From assembly GCA_963793095.1 (NCBI GenBank), contig CAWBYY010000001.1, positions 70,431-134,430 of the forward strand: 64,000 bases of DNA. Reading direction: 5' to 3'. The notes below the pieces were generated by a model, which was not told the origin of the DNA, searched no databases, and saw only the letters and a list, made by a program, of their open reading frames with translations. Below, one piece after another: positions 1 through 9,854 of the stretch. Origin of the DNA: an uncultured Chloroflexia bacterium (GTDB lineage Bacteria > Chloroflexota > Anaerolineae > Anaerolineales > UBA4823). The stretch's first letter is position 1. The number at the start of each line of letters is the position of its first letter. Made by a program: the position numbers and the translations under genes.

Positions 1-223
1 ATACGGCTGTTTCAATCAGGGACAGACCGAAACTCTTAATCCCGTACCCGTAATATTTCAGGTTGTTTATCTCAATTTCATTCAGGGTTCTTTCGATATC
101 CTGAGGGTTGTACTCTGGAGAAAGTTGTTCAATCAGTTTCTGTTTGGCTTCGTAATACACCCATTCGTTATGCCAGAGGGTGTCATCAGCGTCAAATGCG
201 ATTACATCGATTTTACTGCCCAT
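1..223 (-). CDS. HAD-superfamily hydrolase, N-terminal part (gene runs off the window start)
   Basis: My own translation of the minus strand from ATG (223-221) gives MGSKIDVIAFDADDTLWHNEWVYYEAKQKLIEQLSPEYNPQDIERTLNEIEINNLKYYGYGIKSF... FDADDTLW is HAD motif I (DxDxT). The ORF is absent from the track because the window edge truncates it. Confidence 0.6.
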   Translation of the reverse strand, partial: MGSKIDVIAFDADDTLWHNEWVYYEAKQKLIEQLSPEYNPQDIERTLNEIEINNLKYYGYGIKSFGLSLIETAV

Positions 224-245
224 TTGCCAGTTCCGATTTGAATTG

Positions 246-710
246 TTAAATTTCTAGGACCATTTTCTTCATGTATTCTCTGAATCCCATCCGGGTCCAG
301 AAAGCCTGGGAAATTTCATTGGCGGAGGCGACCACGACTTCAATCCGGCTGACGCCCTGTTCCCTGAACCAGGGCACCATCCGCTCAAAAAGCTGGCTGC
401 CGATTCCCTGCGAGCGGAATGATTCGTTGACTACAATATCAGCGACAAAACCATGGTGGGTGTGCTGGAAGACTGGCGGGTAAGATTCGATTGTGCCCAT
501 TGAGAATCCGATCACCTTTTTATTCTCAATTGCGACCATAACCAGCCATTCCGGAGTTTCGATATTTCGCCGCACGTACTCACCGAACCGTTCGTGACCT
601 CCGGCAGAACGGGAGAAATATTCGTCCCGCTCACGGTGGAAATCCATCATCTCTTTCCAGAGTTCCTTTATCGCCGGAAGGTCATCAGTTTTTGCTGGAC
701 GAATGTTCAT
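246..710 (-). CDS. GNAT family N-acetyltransferase
   Basis: Track ORF 246..728. It has the acetyl-CoA loop VVNESFRSQGIGSQLFERM (Q/RxxGxG/A). I prefer ATG 710 (MNIRPAKTDD...), which follows a purine-rich GGGGCAGGA stretch. ATG 728 remains possible. Confidence 0.8.
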   Translation of the reverse strand: MNIRPAKTDDLPAIKELWKEMMDFHRERDEYFSRSAGGHERFGEYVRRNIETPEWLVMVAIENKKVIGFSMGTIESYPPVFQHTHHGFVADIVVNESFRSQGIGSQLFERMVPWFREQGVSRIEVVVASANEISQAFWTRMGFREYMKKMVLEI

Positions 711-868
711 AATCCTGCCCCTTTCCACTTCGGTGTCAGAATAATCCCTGGGTTTGATAGACCAGCTTCTTTTTAATTATAAACCGTACCGCCCGGGAAG
801 AGCACAACCGGCGCGCGAATCCCGCCATGTGATCATCCAACCGCAGCGGGTATTTAATACCGGCGAAT

Positions 869-1423
869 TCAGGGCTGACTTTTTAATTTGTTTGAATACT
901 GCTTGCGAAACTTGCTTACTTTGGGTGAGATCACAACCTGGCAGTACATCTGATCGGGATTCTTCGCAAAATAACTCTGGTGGTATTCTTCGGCGGGGTA
1001 GAATTCCTCGAGAGGGACAATTTCTGTGACAATTGGATCCGACCACAGACCGGCATTTTCTATCTCCGCGACCACTTCCTGCGCTTCCTGTTTCTGGCGT
1101 TCGTTATGGTAGAGGATGATTGAACGGTACTGCGTCCCCACATCCGCTCCCTGGCGGTTGAGGGTTGTCGGATCGTGGTAAGTGAAGAAAATCCACAGCA
1201 GTTCTTTGAATGAGATGATTTCTGGATTGAAGCTAATCTGGATGACTTCGGCGTGCCCGGTCGTCCCTGTGCACACTTCCTTATACGAAGGAAATGATGA
1301 TTTCCCGCCTGCATATCCGACCTGCACTTTTTCAACCCCGATCACATCCGCAAACAGTGGATCAAGGCACCAGAAACAACCCCCGCCGATCGTCATGATT
1401 TGGTTAGTTGTAGATTGATTCAT
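869..1423 (-). CDS. msrA: peptide-methionine (S)-S-oxide reductase
   Basis: GCFWC active-site motif (MTIGGGCFWCLDPLF) and GHAEVIQISFNP are present. The track ORF extends to 1615, but the conserved domain starts at MNQSTTNQIM (ATG 1423). The upstream part overlaps the neighbouring gene. Confidence 0.9.
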   Translation of the reverse strand: MNQSTTNQIMTIGGGCFWCLDPLFADVIGVEKVQVGYAGGKSSFPSYKEVCTGTTGHAEVIQISFNPEIISFKELLWIFFTYHDPTTLNRQGADVGTQYRSIILYHNERQKQEAQEVVAEIENAGLWSDPIVTEIVPLEEFYPAEEYHQSYFAKNPDQMYCQVVISPKVSKFRKQYSNKLKSQP

Positions 1424-1457
1424 TATGCTGACCTCAAAATCTTTATCCCTGAATATG

Positions 1458-1973
1458 TTACCTGTAACTTGCTCTCGAAATGTCGCCGACAAACTGGGGC
1501 AGGTTTTTGTGTCCCAGCATCTGGCGGACGGCGTGCGCCTCTCCGGTATGGAACCAGTAATGGTAGATATTACGCTGGATGAGCGTGCCGATGTTTTCTT
1601 TGAGTGGCGTTCCATCCCGTTCCAGAAAACTTTTCAGTCCCGCCGGGTCCAGTTGTAATAAATAGACGTCTGCGGCTTCTGTAATCTTACCCCAGATATC
1701 CCACATTTCCGCCAGGGGAGGGGTACTGGGTGGGCTTCCATACCCGACCAGCTCGTTCAAGCCGTGTACAAGGCTTTTGCCCTGGGCTAACTCAACCCAG
1801 TAGCGGTGCTCCTGGTTGGCAAGATGGCCGATAATCCAGCTGATACAGTTCATCGGCTGGAGACGCTTCTGCGCATCCTCGTGGTTAACGCCTTCCAGGC
1901 AGCGATAAAATTCACTTCTGGAAAAATGAAGCTGGATGACCAGCGGATGGGGATTATAAGGAGACTCAACCAC
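1458..1973 (-). CDS. DinB-family four-helix-bundle protein
   Basis: 171-aa ORF with DinB-like spaced His motifs (IIGHLANQEHRYW ... HTGEAHAVRQMLGH). It overlaps the upstream LOG gene by 8 nt, indicating operon coupling. Confidence 0.7.
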   Translation of the reverse strand: MVESPYNPHPLVIQLHFSRSEFYRCLEGVNHEDAQKRLQPMNCISWIIGHLANQEHRYWVELAQGKSLVHGLNELVGYGSPPSTPPLAEMWDIWGKITEAADVYLLQLDPAGLKSFLERDGTPLKENIGTLIQRNIYHYWFHTGEAHAVRQMLGHKNLPQFVGDISRASYR

Positions 1974-2565
1974 CGCCCAAACTGCTCTCTCTCTTTGCCC
2001 AGGCAGCCTTGTCTACTGCCGGAGGTGTGTATGCATTCAATTGGTCAAGCAAGCCGGCTGGATTTTCATCAACAAGGATCATCTGGCGGTGCTCGCATCC
2101 GATAAATCTCTCCTGAGCAGTGTGGTCAAGAAATTTCAGCAGCAAATCAAAATAACCATAAATATTCAGAAACCCGCACGGTTTAGGGTGTATTTTGAGC
2201 TGAGCCCATGTCAGCACTTCAAAGATTTCCTCAAAAGTCCCGTAACCCCCCGGGAGAGCGATAAAACCGTCCGATATATTTTCCATTACAGCTTTACGCT
2301 CGTGCATGGTGGCGACAACCCGTAATTCGGTCAGGTTGGTGAAAGCGACCTCAAGATCGAACAGCGATTGCGGGATCACCCCGATCACTTCACCGCCCGC
2401 GGCAAGTGTGGATAGGGCCAGTTCTCCCATCAGTCCGACGCTGCCGCCTCCGTACACAAGGCAGTAATTTCTCCGGGCAATTTCCTGCCCTAGCTGGCGG
2501 GCGACAGCCGCATATTCAGCCCGGGCGCCGGGACTGGAACCGCAAAATACGCTGATTCGCTTCAA
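1966..2565 (-). CDS. LOG family protein (TIGR00730 type; cytokinin riboside 5'-monophosphate phosphoribohydrolase-like)
   Basis: VYGGGSVGLMGE and PGGYGTFEEIFE (PGGxGTxxE) are the LOG family signatures. Confidence 0.85.
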   Translation of the reverse strand: MKRISVFCGSSPGARAEYAAVARQLGQEIARRNYCLVYGGGSVGLMGELALSTLAAGGEVIGVIPQSLFDLEVAFTNLTELRVVATMHERKAVMENISDGFIALPGGYGTFEEIFEVLTWAQLKIHPKPCGFLNIYGYFDLLLKFLDHTAQERFIGCEHRQMILVDENPAGLLDQLNAYTPPAVDKAAWAKRESSLGGG

Positions 2566-2658
2566 TGTGTTTCCGTTTCTCCAGGTTTGGAATGTTGAAC
2601 AGGCGCGGTAACAATCCTATTCTGGAGTATATCACACCAGATAATGGAATTTACAGCG

Positions 2659-3186
2659 CTATCCGTTGGCAGTATAAGCAGTTCGATCCGCCATGTAACG
2701 CAGGCATTCCATCCCGAAATATCTGGCCCGGACCGGGTCCTGAAAGCCAAGTTTTTCGATCACCCGTTTTGAGGCAGAATTTTCCGGGTGGACAATTGCG
2801 ATAATTTTTTCAATTGACAGATCTTCAAAACCAAACCGCAGCGATGCAAGGCCTGCTTCAGTGGCATATCCTTTCCCCCAGAAAGGTTTACCGAGCAGGT
2901 AGCCAATCTCAATCTCGTCAGTCTCTGGAAGGTATTGAAGGCCGCACCATCCCATCAAAAGGCAATCTTCCGGCTTCTCAACCGCCCACCAGCCGAATCC
3001 GTGTTCCGCCCAGTGCTTGATCTGTCTTGAGATCAGCTTGCCGACCTTCTCAACCGGCGGAGGGCTGGGATCGGGAAAGTAGCGCAGTACCCCCGGTTCG
3101 ACCAGTAAACTGTGCAGGGGCAGAGTATCTTTTGCAGTAAAAGGACGTAGTTGTAAACGGGGGGTGGAAAGAGTAGGAATGGACAT
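2659..3186 (-). CDS. GNAT family N-acetyltransferase (RimJ/RimL-like)
   Basis: The N-terminus TPRLQLRPFTAKD, WAVE, FWGKGYATEA and the ENSASKRVIEKLGF pattern are typical of the RimJ/L subgroup. Confidence 0.8.
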   Translation of the reverse strand: MSIPTLSTPRLQLRPFTAKDTLPLHSLLVEPGVLRYFPDPSPPPVEKVGKLISRQIKHWAEHGFGWWAVEKPEDCLLMGWCGLQYLPETDEIEIGYLLGKPFWGKGYATEAGLASLRFGFEDLSIEKIIAIVHPENSASKRVIEKLGFQDPVRARYFGMECLRYMADRTAYTANG

Positions 3187-3260
3187 GGGAGGCTTACAAT
3201 CCTCGGCGTGGATGTTATGACCGGTTGATCCCGGGACGGGGATGGGCTGTAACGATAAGG

Positions 3261-4403
3261 TTAACTTCTCTCAGCAAGATAGCGTTCAAGCCGCTGCAGC
3301 CCGGTTTCGATGTTCTCCAGTGAATTTGCATACGAAAAACGCAGATATCCCTCGCCATTCGCCCCAAAATCGATCCCGGGGGTAACGCCAACCCTGGCAT
3401 TTTCCAGGATATCGAATGCAAGCCGGTATGAATCGTTCGATATGTGTTTTGCGTTGGCGAATACATAGAACGCGCCGGTCGGGTCAACTGTGACACCCAA
3501 TCCCAGCTGGCGCAGACCTTTCAGGATAAATTTGCGGCGCTGGTTATAAATTTCCTTCATGCGGGCTACATCCTCCCCGGATTCTTTTAACGCCGCGATG
3601 CCTGCCTCCTGCACCACTGAGTTTGCGCAGATGAAAAAATTCTGCTGCATTTTCTGGATCGGGCGGATAAATTCCTTCGGGGCGATCAGATAACCGAGCC
3701 TGAGACCGGTCATCGCGTAAAGTTTTGAAAACCCGTTGATCACAAAGGCATTATCGCAAAATTCAAGTATCGAACGTTCTCTGCCCTCGTACACCAGGCC
3801 GTGATAGATTTCATCGGAGACCACATACGGTCCCAGCTGTGAAATAGCGCTCATACGGGTTTCCGAGAGCAGGTTGCCGGTCGGGTTGGAAGGTGAGTTT
3901 ATCAGGATAGCCCTTGTTCTTGGGGTGATCGCACGTTTGATATCCTCAGGGCGGTACTGGAAACCATCTTCCTCGTAAACTGGAATGTTGACTGGTTGGC
4001 CGTCGACATAGCGGATGATGTTTGGGTAGCAGGCGTAGTGCGGGTCTGAGAGGATTACCTGGTCACCGCTTTCCAGCAGAGCCGAAAAAATCAGCAGCAT
4101 AGCCGGGGAGGTGCCCGAAGTGACTACAATCTGGTCAGGGTCGACGTTTACAGCATACCTGTCCAGGTAGTACTCGCTTATTACTTCCCGCAGCTTCGGG
4201 AGACCCAGACTGTGAGTGTAATGGGTGCATCCCTGGGCGAGCGCCCTGCACAAGGCCTCATTTACCGGGGCAGGTGTGTCAAAATCCGGCTCGCCGACTT
4301 CCAGGTGGATAATATTCACGCCGTCGCTTTCGAGCTGGTGCGCTCTTTCCAGGACTTCCATCACGATGAAGGGATTAATTTCCCGGGCCCGTTTTGCGAT
4401 CAT
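3261..4403 (-). CDS. class I/II PLP-dependent aminotransferase (aspartate-aminotransferase-like)
   Basis: 380 aa with NSPSNPTGN and FSKLYAMTGLRLGY (PLP lysine context). A GGAGAC RBS lies upstream of the ATG. Confidence 0.85.
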   Translation of the reverse strand: MIAKRAREINPFIVMEVLERAHQLESDGVNIIHLEVGEPDFDTPAPVNEALCRALAQGCTHYTHSLGLPKLREVISEYYLDRYAVNVDPDQIVVTSGTSPAMLLIFSALLESGDQVILSDPHYACYPNIIRYVDGQPVNIPVYEEDGFQYRPEDIKRAITPRTRAILINSPSNPTGNLLSETRMSAISQLGPYVVSDEIYHGLVYEGRERSILEFCDNAFVINGFSKLYAMTGLRLGYLIAPKEFIRPIQKMQQNFFICANSVVQEAGIAALKESGEDVARMKEIYNQRRKFILKGLRQLGLGVTVDPTGAFYVFANAKHISNDSYRLAFDILENARVGVTPGIDFGANGEGYLRFSYANSLENIETGLQRLERYLAERS

Positions 4404-4578
4404 ATTCAGGTCTCCACAGTATTGTTTATTTAGATTATCAGCGCCAGTTCAGAATGATTAAATTATAAGTGGAAATAATTAAAAGGCACTCAATAATCCA
4501 GGATAGTATTCTAAAAACTCTCCAGGGTTTAAAAATTTAACTACACTTTATGATTTTAAACCGCAGATTTTTACTGCG

Positions 4579-6217
4579 TTATTCACCGAGTTTGTAAATC
4601 CTGACATACTCGAGGTTGTTGATCCAGACCGTATGCTCGGGCTGCCAGGATTTTATATACTCAAGCAGTTCAGCCGGCAGGTCGCGCTGCCACTGATGGA
4701 TGTAGATCACCAGGTAATCCGATTCCTCAAGCGTTTCCCAGTCAGCGGCGTTGAAAGTTCCGGTTCCGATATGCTCAGAATCTCCTTTGAAGAAGAAGGA
4801 GAAGGGCCCGTTCTGATACCAGGTGAACACATCCAGGTTCTGGGCGCCGTCTTTCTGGTTGAGGTAGATGGCAGCCTGGTCGAGGCCTTCGCCCCAGCCG
4901 ATCTGCATGACCCGGGGGGCAATGCGGCTCCCGCCCAGCAGGGGGTTGTAGTAAGCCAGGGAATAGGGGAAGATGCTGAGAGAAGACCAGGCCTGGAAGA
5001 AAACTAACCAGGACGAGGAGCGCCCCCGGGACGATCCTGGCGTAAAAAGCGGGCAGTCTCTCTTTCAGCCAGAGGGCGGCGGCGGTCCAGCCCAGGGCAG
5101 CGATGATATTGAGAGGGGCGTAGACCGGGAGCAGGTAGCGGTCGAACTTCTTGGAGCCCAGGTTCATCCCCAGGTAGAAGACGAGCACGGCGATCAGCAG
5201 GCCGAAGAGAGTGCGGCGGACGCCCGGCTTGGAGAAGAGCTCCTGTTTGGAAAAGAAAGCCCAGGCGGCGGCCAGCAGGCCGAGCAGGGTGGCCGGGGTG
5301 GTGCGCCACAGGTAGGTGAGGGGATAGAAGTAGAAGAAGCGCGGGCCTGAAATGCCGTCCGGGAAGACCTGGCCGTTGAAGAATACCGGCGAGCTGTGGC
5401 CTTCGGCGGCGTAGCCGCCTGCGGAGGCGAAAATTTCGAGCAGAACGCCGAGCGGGTTGACCCACATGGCGGGCCAGAGAAGCACAAAGACGGAGGCAGC
5501 CAGGAGCAGCCAGAGGGCGAAGCGCCAGGCGTAGCCCCAGAGCTGTTTGGGAAGGGCAGGGCTGGTATTCTTGCGGTAGGCGAGCCAGAGATCGAGCAGG
5601 AATAAGAGGGCTGCGGTGGGGAGCAGGAAGAAACCGGGCGATTTGGTGAGCCAGCACAGGCCCGCTGCGACGCCAGCGATGATAAGATCGTACACCCGGC
5701 GCTGAAAGAGGAAGGCGATGATAGCCAGGACAGCCAGCAGGTAAAGGCTGCTGAGCAGGGCGTCCAGGTGGAGCAGGCGCGCGAGGCCGAGCTGAAAGGG
5801 GTCGAAGGCGACCAGCAGGAAAGCGAGCAGGGCAGGCAGCCAGCCGGTCAAACGCCAGGAAAGCCAGAAAGCGAGCAGCAGCACAACCAGCTGGGCATAG
5901 CTCATAAATATCCTGGCAGAGACCAGGTTCGGGAGAGGCGTTTTTTCTACAACCTGCCTGAAGTAGTAGTCAACTGATTTATTTCGTCCAGGATCAGGGC
6001 TGGTTTCCCGGTATGATAAGTATTCCTTCAACATGCCCCCGCTGCCCAACCACATTACAGTCACCCCTGGATGGACGCTCTGGTAGGTCTTCCTGTAATC
6101 GCCCATCCTCAATGCCTTAAAAAACCCGCCCGACCGCTGCAGCCAGTTGTTTTCATCAATGGTTACCGCCCGGTTGAGGTCAAGGCGGCGCGGCAGCCAG
6201 ACCGCCCCGGCAACCAT
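4579..6217 (-). pseudogene. GT39 / ArnT-PMT-like membrane glycosyltransferase, copy 1, reading frame interrupted (3n+1)
   Basis: The N-part ORF 4775..6217 is polytopic and has a DE motif in the first loop (AVTIDENNW). The C-part lies in the +1 frame and includes track ORF 4579..4908. That frame is open from about 5060 and reads ...SIFPYSLAYYNPLLGGSRIAPRVMQIGWGEGLDQAAIYLN. After the shift, the 0-frame tail is Pro/Arg/Gly junk. The likely junction is at the short run 5000-5003 or 5023-5027. The start is uncertain: homology to copy 2 continues upstream of ATG 6217 with no in-frame ATG/GTG/TTG. Confidence 0.75.
4789..5889. repeat. near-identical 1.1-kb tract, copy A of the tandem GT39 duplication
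   Basis: It aligns base-for-base with 6583..7683 at offset 1794. By eye I found four mismatches (4902, 5229, 5572, 5780). The out-of-frame track ORFs are duplicated identically, for example 5396..5605 = 7190..7399. Confidence 0.9.
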
Positions 6218-6372
6218 AAGCAGGACAAATATTCTTAAAAACTGTTTTCCAGGAACTGGAAGGATTACGATACACGGTAAACACCAGCGCCTGTATTTTT
6301 GAGGCTGGAAAATGGATACCAGTGGAATGGATTTGGAGCGGGCATTTTGGTCAAAAATTGTAATTTAAAAAA

Positions 6373-8041
6373 TCAGTCCGGTACTTTGTAGATTTTGACA
6401 TACTCGAGGTTGTTGATCCAGACTGTGTGCTCGGGCTGCCAGGATTTTATGTACTCAAGCAGTTCAGCCGGCAGGTCGCGCTGCCACTGGTGGATGTAGA
6501 TCACCAGGTAATCTGATCCGGCGAGGGTCTGCCAGTCGCTGCTGGTAAAATCCCCGTCGCTTATTTTTCGTGAATTCCCTTCGAAGAAGAAGGAGAAGGG
6601 CCCGTTCTGATACCAGGTGAACACATCCAGGTTCTGGGCGCCGTCTTTCTGGTTGAGGTAGATGGCAGCCTGGTCGAGGCCTTCGCCCCAGCCGACCTGC
6701 ATGACCCGGGGGGCAATGCGGCTCCCGCCCAGCAGGGGGTTGTAGTAAGCCAGGGAATAGGGGAAGATGCTGAGAGAAGACCAGGCCTGGAAGAAAACTA
6801 ACCAGGACGAGGAGCGCCCCCGGGACGATCCTGGCGTAAAAAGCGGGCAGTCTCTCTTTCAGCCAGAGGGCGGCGGCGGTCCAGCCCAGGGCAGCGATGA
6901 TATTGAGAGGGGCGTAGACCGGGAGCAGGTAGCGGTCGAACTTCTTGGAGCCCAGGTTCATCCCCAGGTAGAAGACGAGCACGGCGATCAGCAGGCCGAA
7001 GAGAGTGCGGCGGACGCCCGGCCTGGAGAAGAGCTCCTGTTTGGAAAAGAAAGCCCAGGCGGCGGCCAGCAGGCCGAGCAGGGTGGCCGGGGTGGTGCGC
7101 CACAGGTAGGTGAGGGGATAGAAGTAGAAGAAGCGCGGGCCTGAAATGCCGTCCGGGAAGACCTGGCCGTTGAAGAATACCGGCGAGCTGTGGCCTTCGG
7201 CGGCGTAGCCGCCTGCGGAGGCGAAAATTTCGAGCAGAACGCCGAGCGGGTTGACCCACATGGCGGGCCAGAGAAGCACAAAGACGGAGGCAGCCAGGAG
7301 CAGCCAGAGGGCGAAGCGCCAGGCGTAGCCCCAGAGCTGTTTGGGAAGGGCAGGGCTGGTATTCTGGCGGTAGGCGAGCCAGAGATCGAGCAGGAATAAG
7401 AGGGCTGCGGTGGGGAGCAGGAAGAAACCGGGCGATTTGGTGAGCCAGCACAGGCCCGCTGCGACGCCAGCGATGATAAGATCGTACACCCGGCGCTGAA
7501 AGAGGAAGGCGATGATAGCCAGGACAGCCAGCAGGTAAAGGCTGCTGAGCAGGGCGTCCAGGTGGAGCAGGCGGGCGAGGCCGAGCTGAAAGGGGTCGAA
7601 GGCGACCAGCAGGAAAGCGAGCAGGGCAGGCAGCCAGCCGGTCAAACGCCAGGAAAGCCAGAAAGCGAGCAGCAGCACAACCAGGTGGGCATAGCTCATC
7701 CATATCCTGGCTGAGACCAGGTTTTCGAGCGGGTTGTTTATGATGCCCTGGTAGAATTCACGGTCTTCCAGTTTGTCTCCCAGTTTTTCAATTTTGCCTG
7801 TTTGGGATTGGTACTCCTGCAGCAACCCCCCGCTGCCCAGCCACATAATTGTGACCCCCGGGTGGGGGGCCCTGAAGGTCCTCTGGTAATCGCCCTGTTT
7901 TGTGAATATCAGAAATTTCAGGGAGCGCTCAAGCCACTTGATCTCATCGGTCGTAACCGCCCGGTTTAAATCCAAGCGGCGCGGCAGCCAGATTGCCCCC
8001 GCAATTAACAGGAGACAAACAAAGTACATTAAATACTTCAA
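6373..8041 (-). pseudogene. GT39 / ArnT-PMT-like membrane glycosyltransferase, copy 2, same frame interruption (3n+1)
   Basis: N-part ORF 6464..8041 (MKYLMYFVCLLLIAGAIWLPRRLDLNRAVTTDEIKW...) and C-part ORF 6373..6702 (MQVGWGEGLDQAAIYLN...). The architecture and frameshift position match copy 1, at an offset of 1794 bp. Confidence 0.8.
6583..7683. repeat. near-identical 1.1-kb tract, copy B of the tandem GT39 duplication
   Basis: See 4789..5889. Identity decays on both sides: 6373-6582 is only moderately similar to 4579-4788, and 7684-8041 versus 5890-6217 is diverged with indels. Confidence 0.9.
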
Positions 8042-8255
8042 TAAAACCGAACGTCCGGAAAGTCCGGCAAGATGGCGGATGTATCTGTGGACATAAAAAA
8101 GATTATATCTGTTGATTTGAAGAAATGACCGCGAATTAAATCCTCTAAACAGACTGGGCTTGAGTATAAGTAATACTTTCTTGACAAGAAGTTTTTCTTT
8201 TTGATAAAGATAAATATGCCAGATAAAGTTCTTATATAAAGAAAGTAATCAGGGA

Positions 8256-8729
8256 TTATTTAATTGAATTGATAATTTCATCGATCTGCCTGTGATGAAA
8301 AGCCTCATGGCTGGCGTACCCTGCAAACCATTCAAGCCCGTTCATGCCTTCATCAAATCCTCCTTTGTGAGTAAGTTCAAGGTTCCCATCCGCAGGCCAG
8401 TTGTCGAAGAGAAATAACGTCTCCGAGCGGGCGCGCTGCAGCCAGAACTTGATGACATCTTTGCTCACTCCGGCTGGTGGAGGTGGGGGCATGTAGGTTA
8501 TCCCTTCAGGAGGTTTTATACCCAGTAAAAGGGGGCGGGCGATCAACTCGCGCAGGTAAATTTCATCCAGGGCGATGTGCATAAATACCTCCCCAGGAGT
8601 CCAGCCTTCACCGTTCTGGACTTCAGCGGGCCGCATATCAAGGTCACCCTGCGACAGCGGATGTAACAATTGGAGTGTTTTTTTCCTAACTTCAATTAAT
8701 TTTTGAAGAACTTGCTCTTTTTTATCCAA
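8256..8729 (-). CDS. DinB-family protein
   Basis: 157 aa. It has a DinB-like helical bundle with His motifs (FMHIALDEIYL ... GYASHEAFHHRQIDEI). Confidence 0.7.
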   Translation of the reverse strand: MDKKEQVLQKLIEVRKKTLQLLHPLSQGDLDMRPAEVQNGEGWTPGEVFMHIALDEIYLRELIARPLLLGIKPPEGITYMPPPPPAGVSKDVIKFWLQRARSETLFLFDNWPADGNLELTHKGGFDEGMNGLEWFAGYASHEAFHHRQIDEIINSIK

Positions 8730-8790
8730 CTGACCTCCTTATTTCTGATAATGTGATCCTGGTTGGATCGTAAACCTGCAACAATCTAAA

Positions 8791-9376
8791 TTATAATGGT
8801 TTCTTCAACAAAGTTGACAGGACCGGACCATCCGGGAGCTGGAATTCCCCGGTTTTTATAAACCCCAGGTTGAGATAGAATTTCAAACTCTTCTCATGGG
8901 CGGTTTCCAGGAACGCGGGGATATTATCACGTTCACATACTTCGAAAACAGGCTGCAGCAATCCCGCGCCGATACCCTGCCCCTGGAATGGCGGGTCCAC
9001 TCCCAATATGGAGAGATACCAGTGCGGGAAAGCGGGGCGAACTTGCCCCAACACCTTTCTGCCTGCAATCGTCCGGCTGAAATCGGCGCCGTGCATCAGA
9101 TGTAAATAGAATTCTGAATTCCCATCTTTCAAATCTGGACAAACCCATACCGCCGGGCGGATCCCACAGGGCTGCCCCGGCAAGATTGCTGTCCGTGTAA
9201 ACCATACTGCGCCTGATTTTCTGCTTTAGATGGATGGAGAAGAAATAGGGGGATTTTTTCTGGTACCTTTCCCGGTCCGGAAAAAACCATGTCAATGCTG
9301 GATCCCGGGCAAAGGCTCTCACCAGAACACCTGTTAGAGGCAGGATGTCAGATTTTTTAGCGAGGCGGATCTTCAC
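8791..9376 (-). pseudogene. GNAT family acetyltransferase, reading frame interrupted (3n+1)
   Basis: The N-part lies in the frame of ORF 8933..9523, with a probable GTG start at 9376 preceded by AGGAAA (VKIRLAKKSDILPL...AALWDPPGG). The C-part is ORF 8791..9183 (PHWYLSILGVDPPFQGQGIGAGLL...LKFYLNLGF). The span of 586 nt equals 3n+1. The junction is near 9140-9180. Confidence 0.65.
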
Positions 9377-9437
9377 GGAGATTTCCTGAATTTTTGGGTG
9401 AATCAGTGATTGGCGATTGAGCCTGGAATTTTTTAGA

Positions 9438-9854
9438 TCAGGGCAGGCTGATTTCGCCCCGTTCATTGATCGAAATTTCGGTCCTGCTTTCCAGCCTGTC
9501 AAAGTCAGCCCGAGAAACCGCAATCACCGGGATAGAAGATCCGTACATCACCTGGGCTACAATGCAGGCCAGGGCAAAGAAGGTGTCAACTCCTGTGGTG
9601 ATGATACCAGCCGGGGCGGTGTTGTTGCGCAGCGCTTCCAGCAGCACCGCCGTGGTGGTGGAAGAGCCGCGCGTGAAGGGGACTGCCAGCACTTTCCCGG
9701 CTGCGTTCTCTCCGCAAAGCGAGTGCCGGCGGTCGGTTATCTCCCCGGTGCGGTGGTCATAGCCTCCCCAGAAGGATATCGGCTCATCTGCGACCAGGGC
9801 AGGAGCCTCAGCCCTCCCGGGTACGACAGCCTTCCCGGTGATTATCCGTCCCAT
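9438..9854 (-). CDS. aconitase X swivel-domain subunit (DUF126; AcnX small subunit)
   Basis: 138 aa with ISFWGG...GKVLAVPFTRGSSTT, typical of DUF126. It overlaps the large-subunit gene by 13 nt. Confidence 0.85.
   Translation of the reverse strand: MGRIITGKAVVPGRAEAPALVADEPISFWGGYDHRTGEITDRRHSLCGENAAGKVLAVPFTRGSSTTTAVLLEALRNNTAPAGIITTGVDTFFALACIVAQVMYGSSIPVIAVSRADFDRLESRTEISINERGEISLP

Noticed and set aside
4973-7703. Long ORFs overlapping the GT39 genes on both strands (for example 5004..5657, 6798..7703, 4973..5350, 6767..7144, 5194..5487).
   Set aside because: Their translations are Pro/Arg/Gly/Ala-rich low-complexity sequence, typical of out-of-frame or antisense reading of a GC-rich membrane-protein gene. 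They are duplicated only because the underlying DNA is duplicated.
4579-8041. The idea that the whole GT39 tandem duplication is a pure mis-assembly of one gene.
   Set aside because: The two copies have clearly different N-terminal thirds, only moderately similar C-terminal ends, and a unique 155-bp spacer (6218-6372). Two loci therefore exist. Only the near-identical core could be affected by consensus artefacts, and that caveat is kept in the finding.
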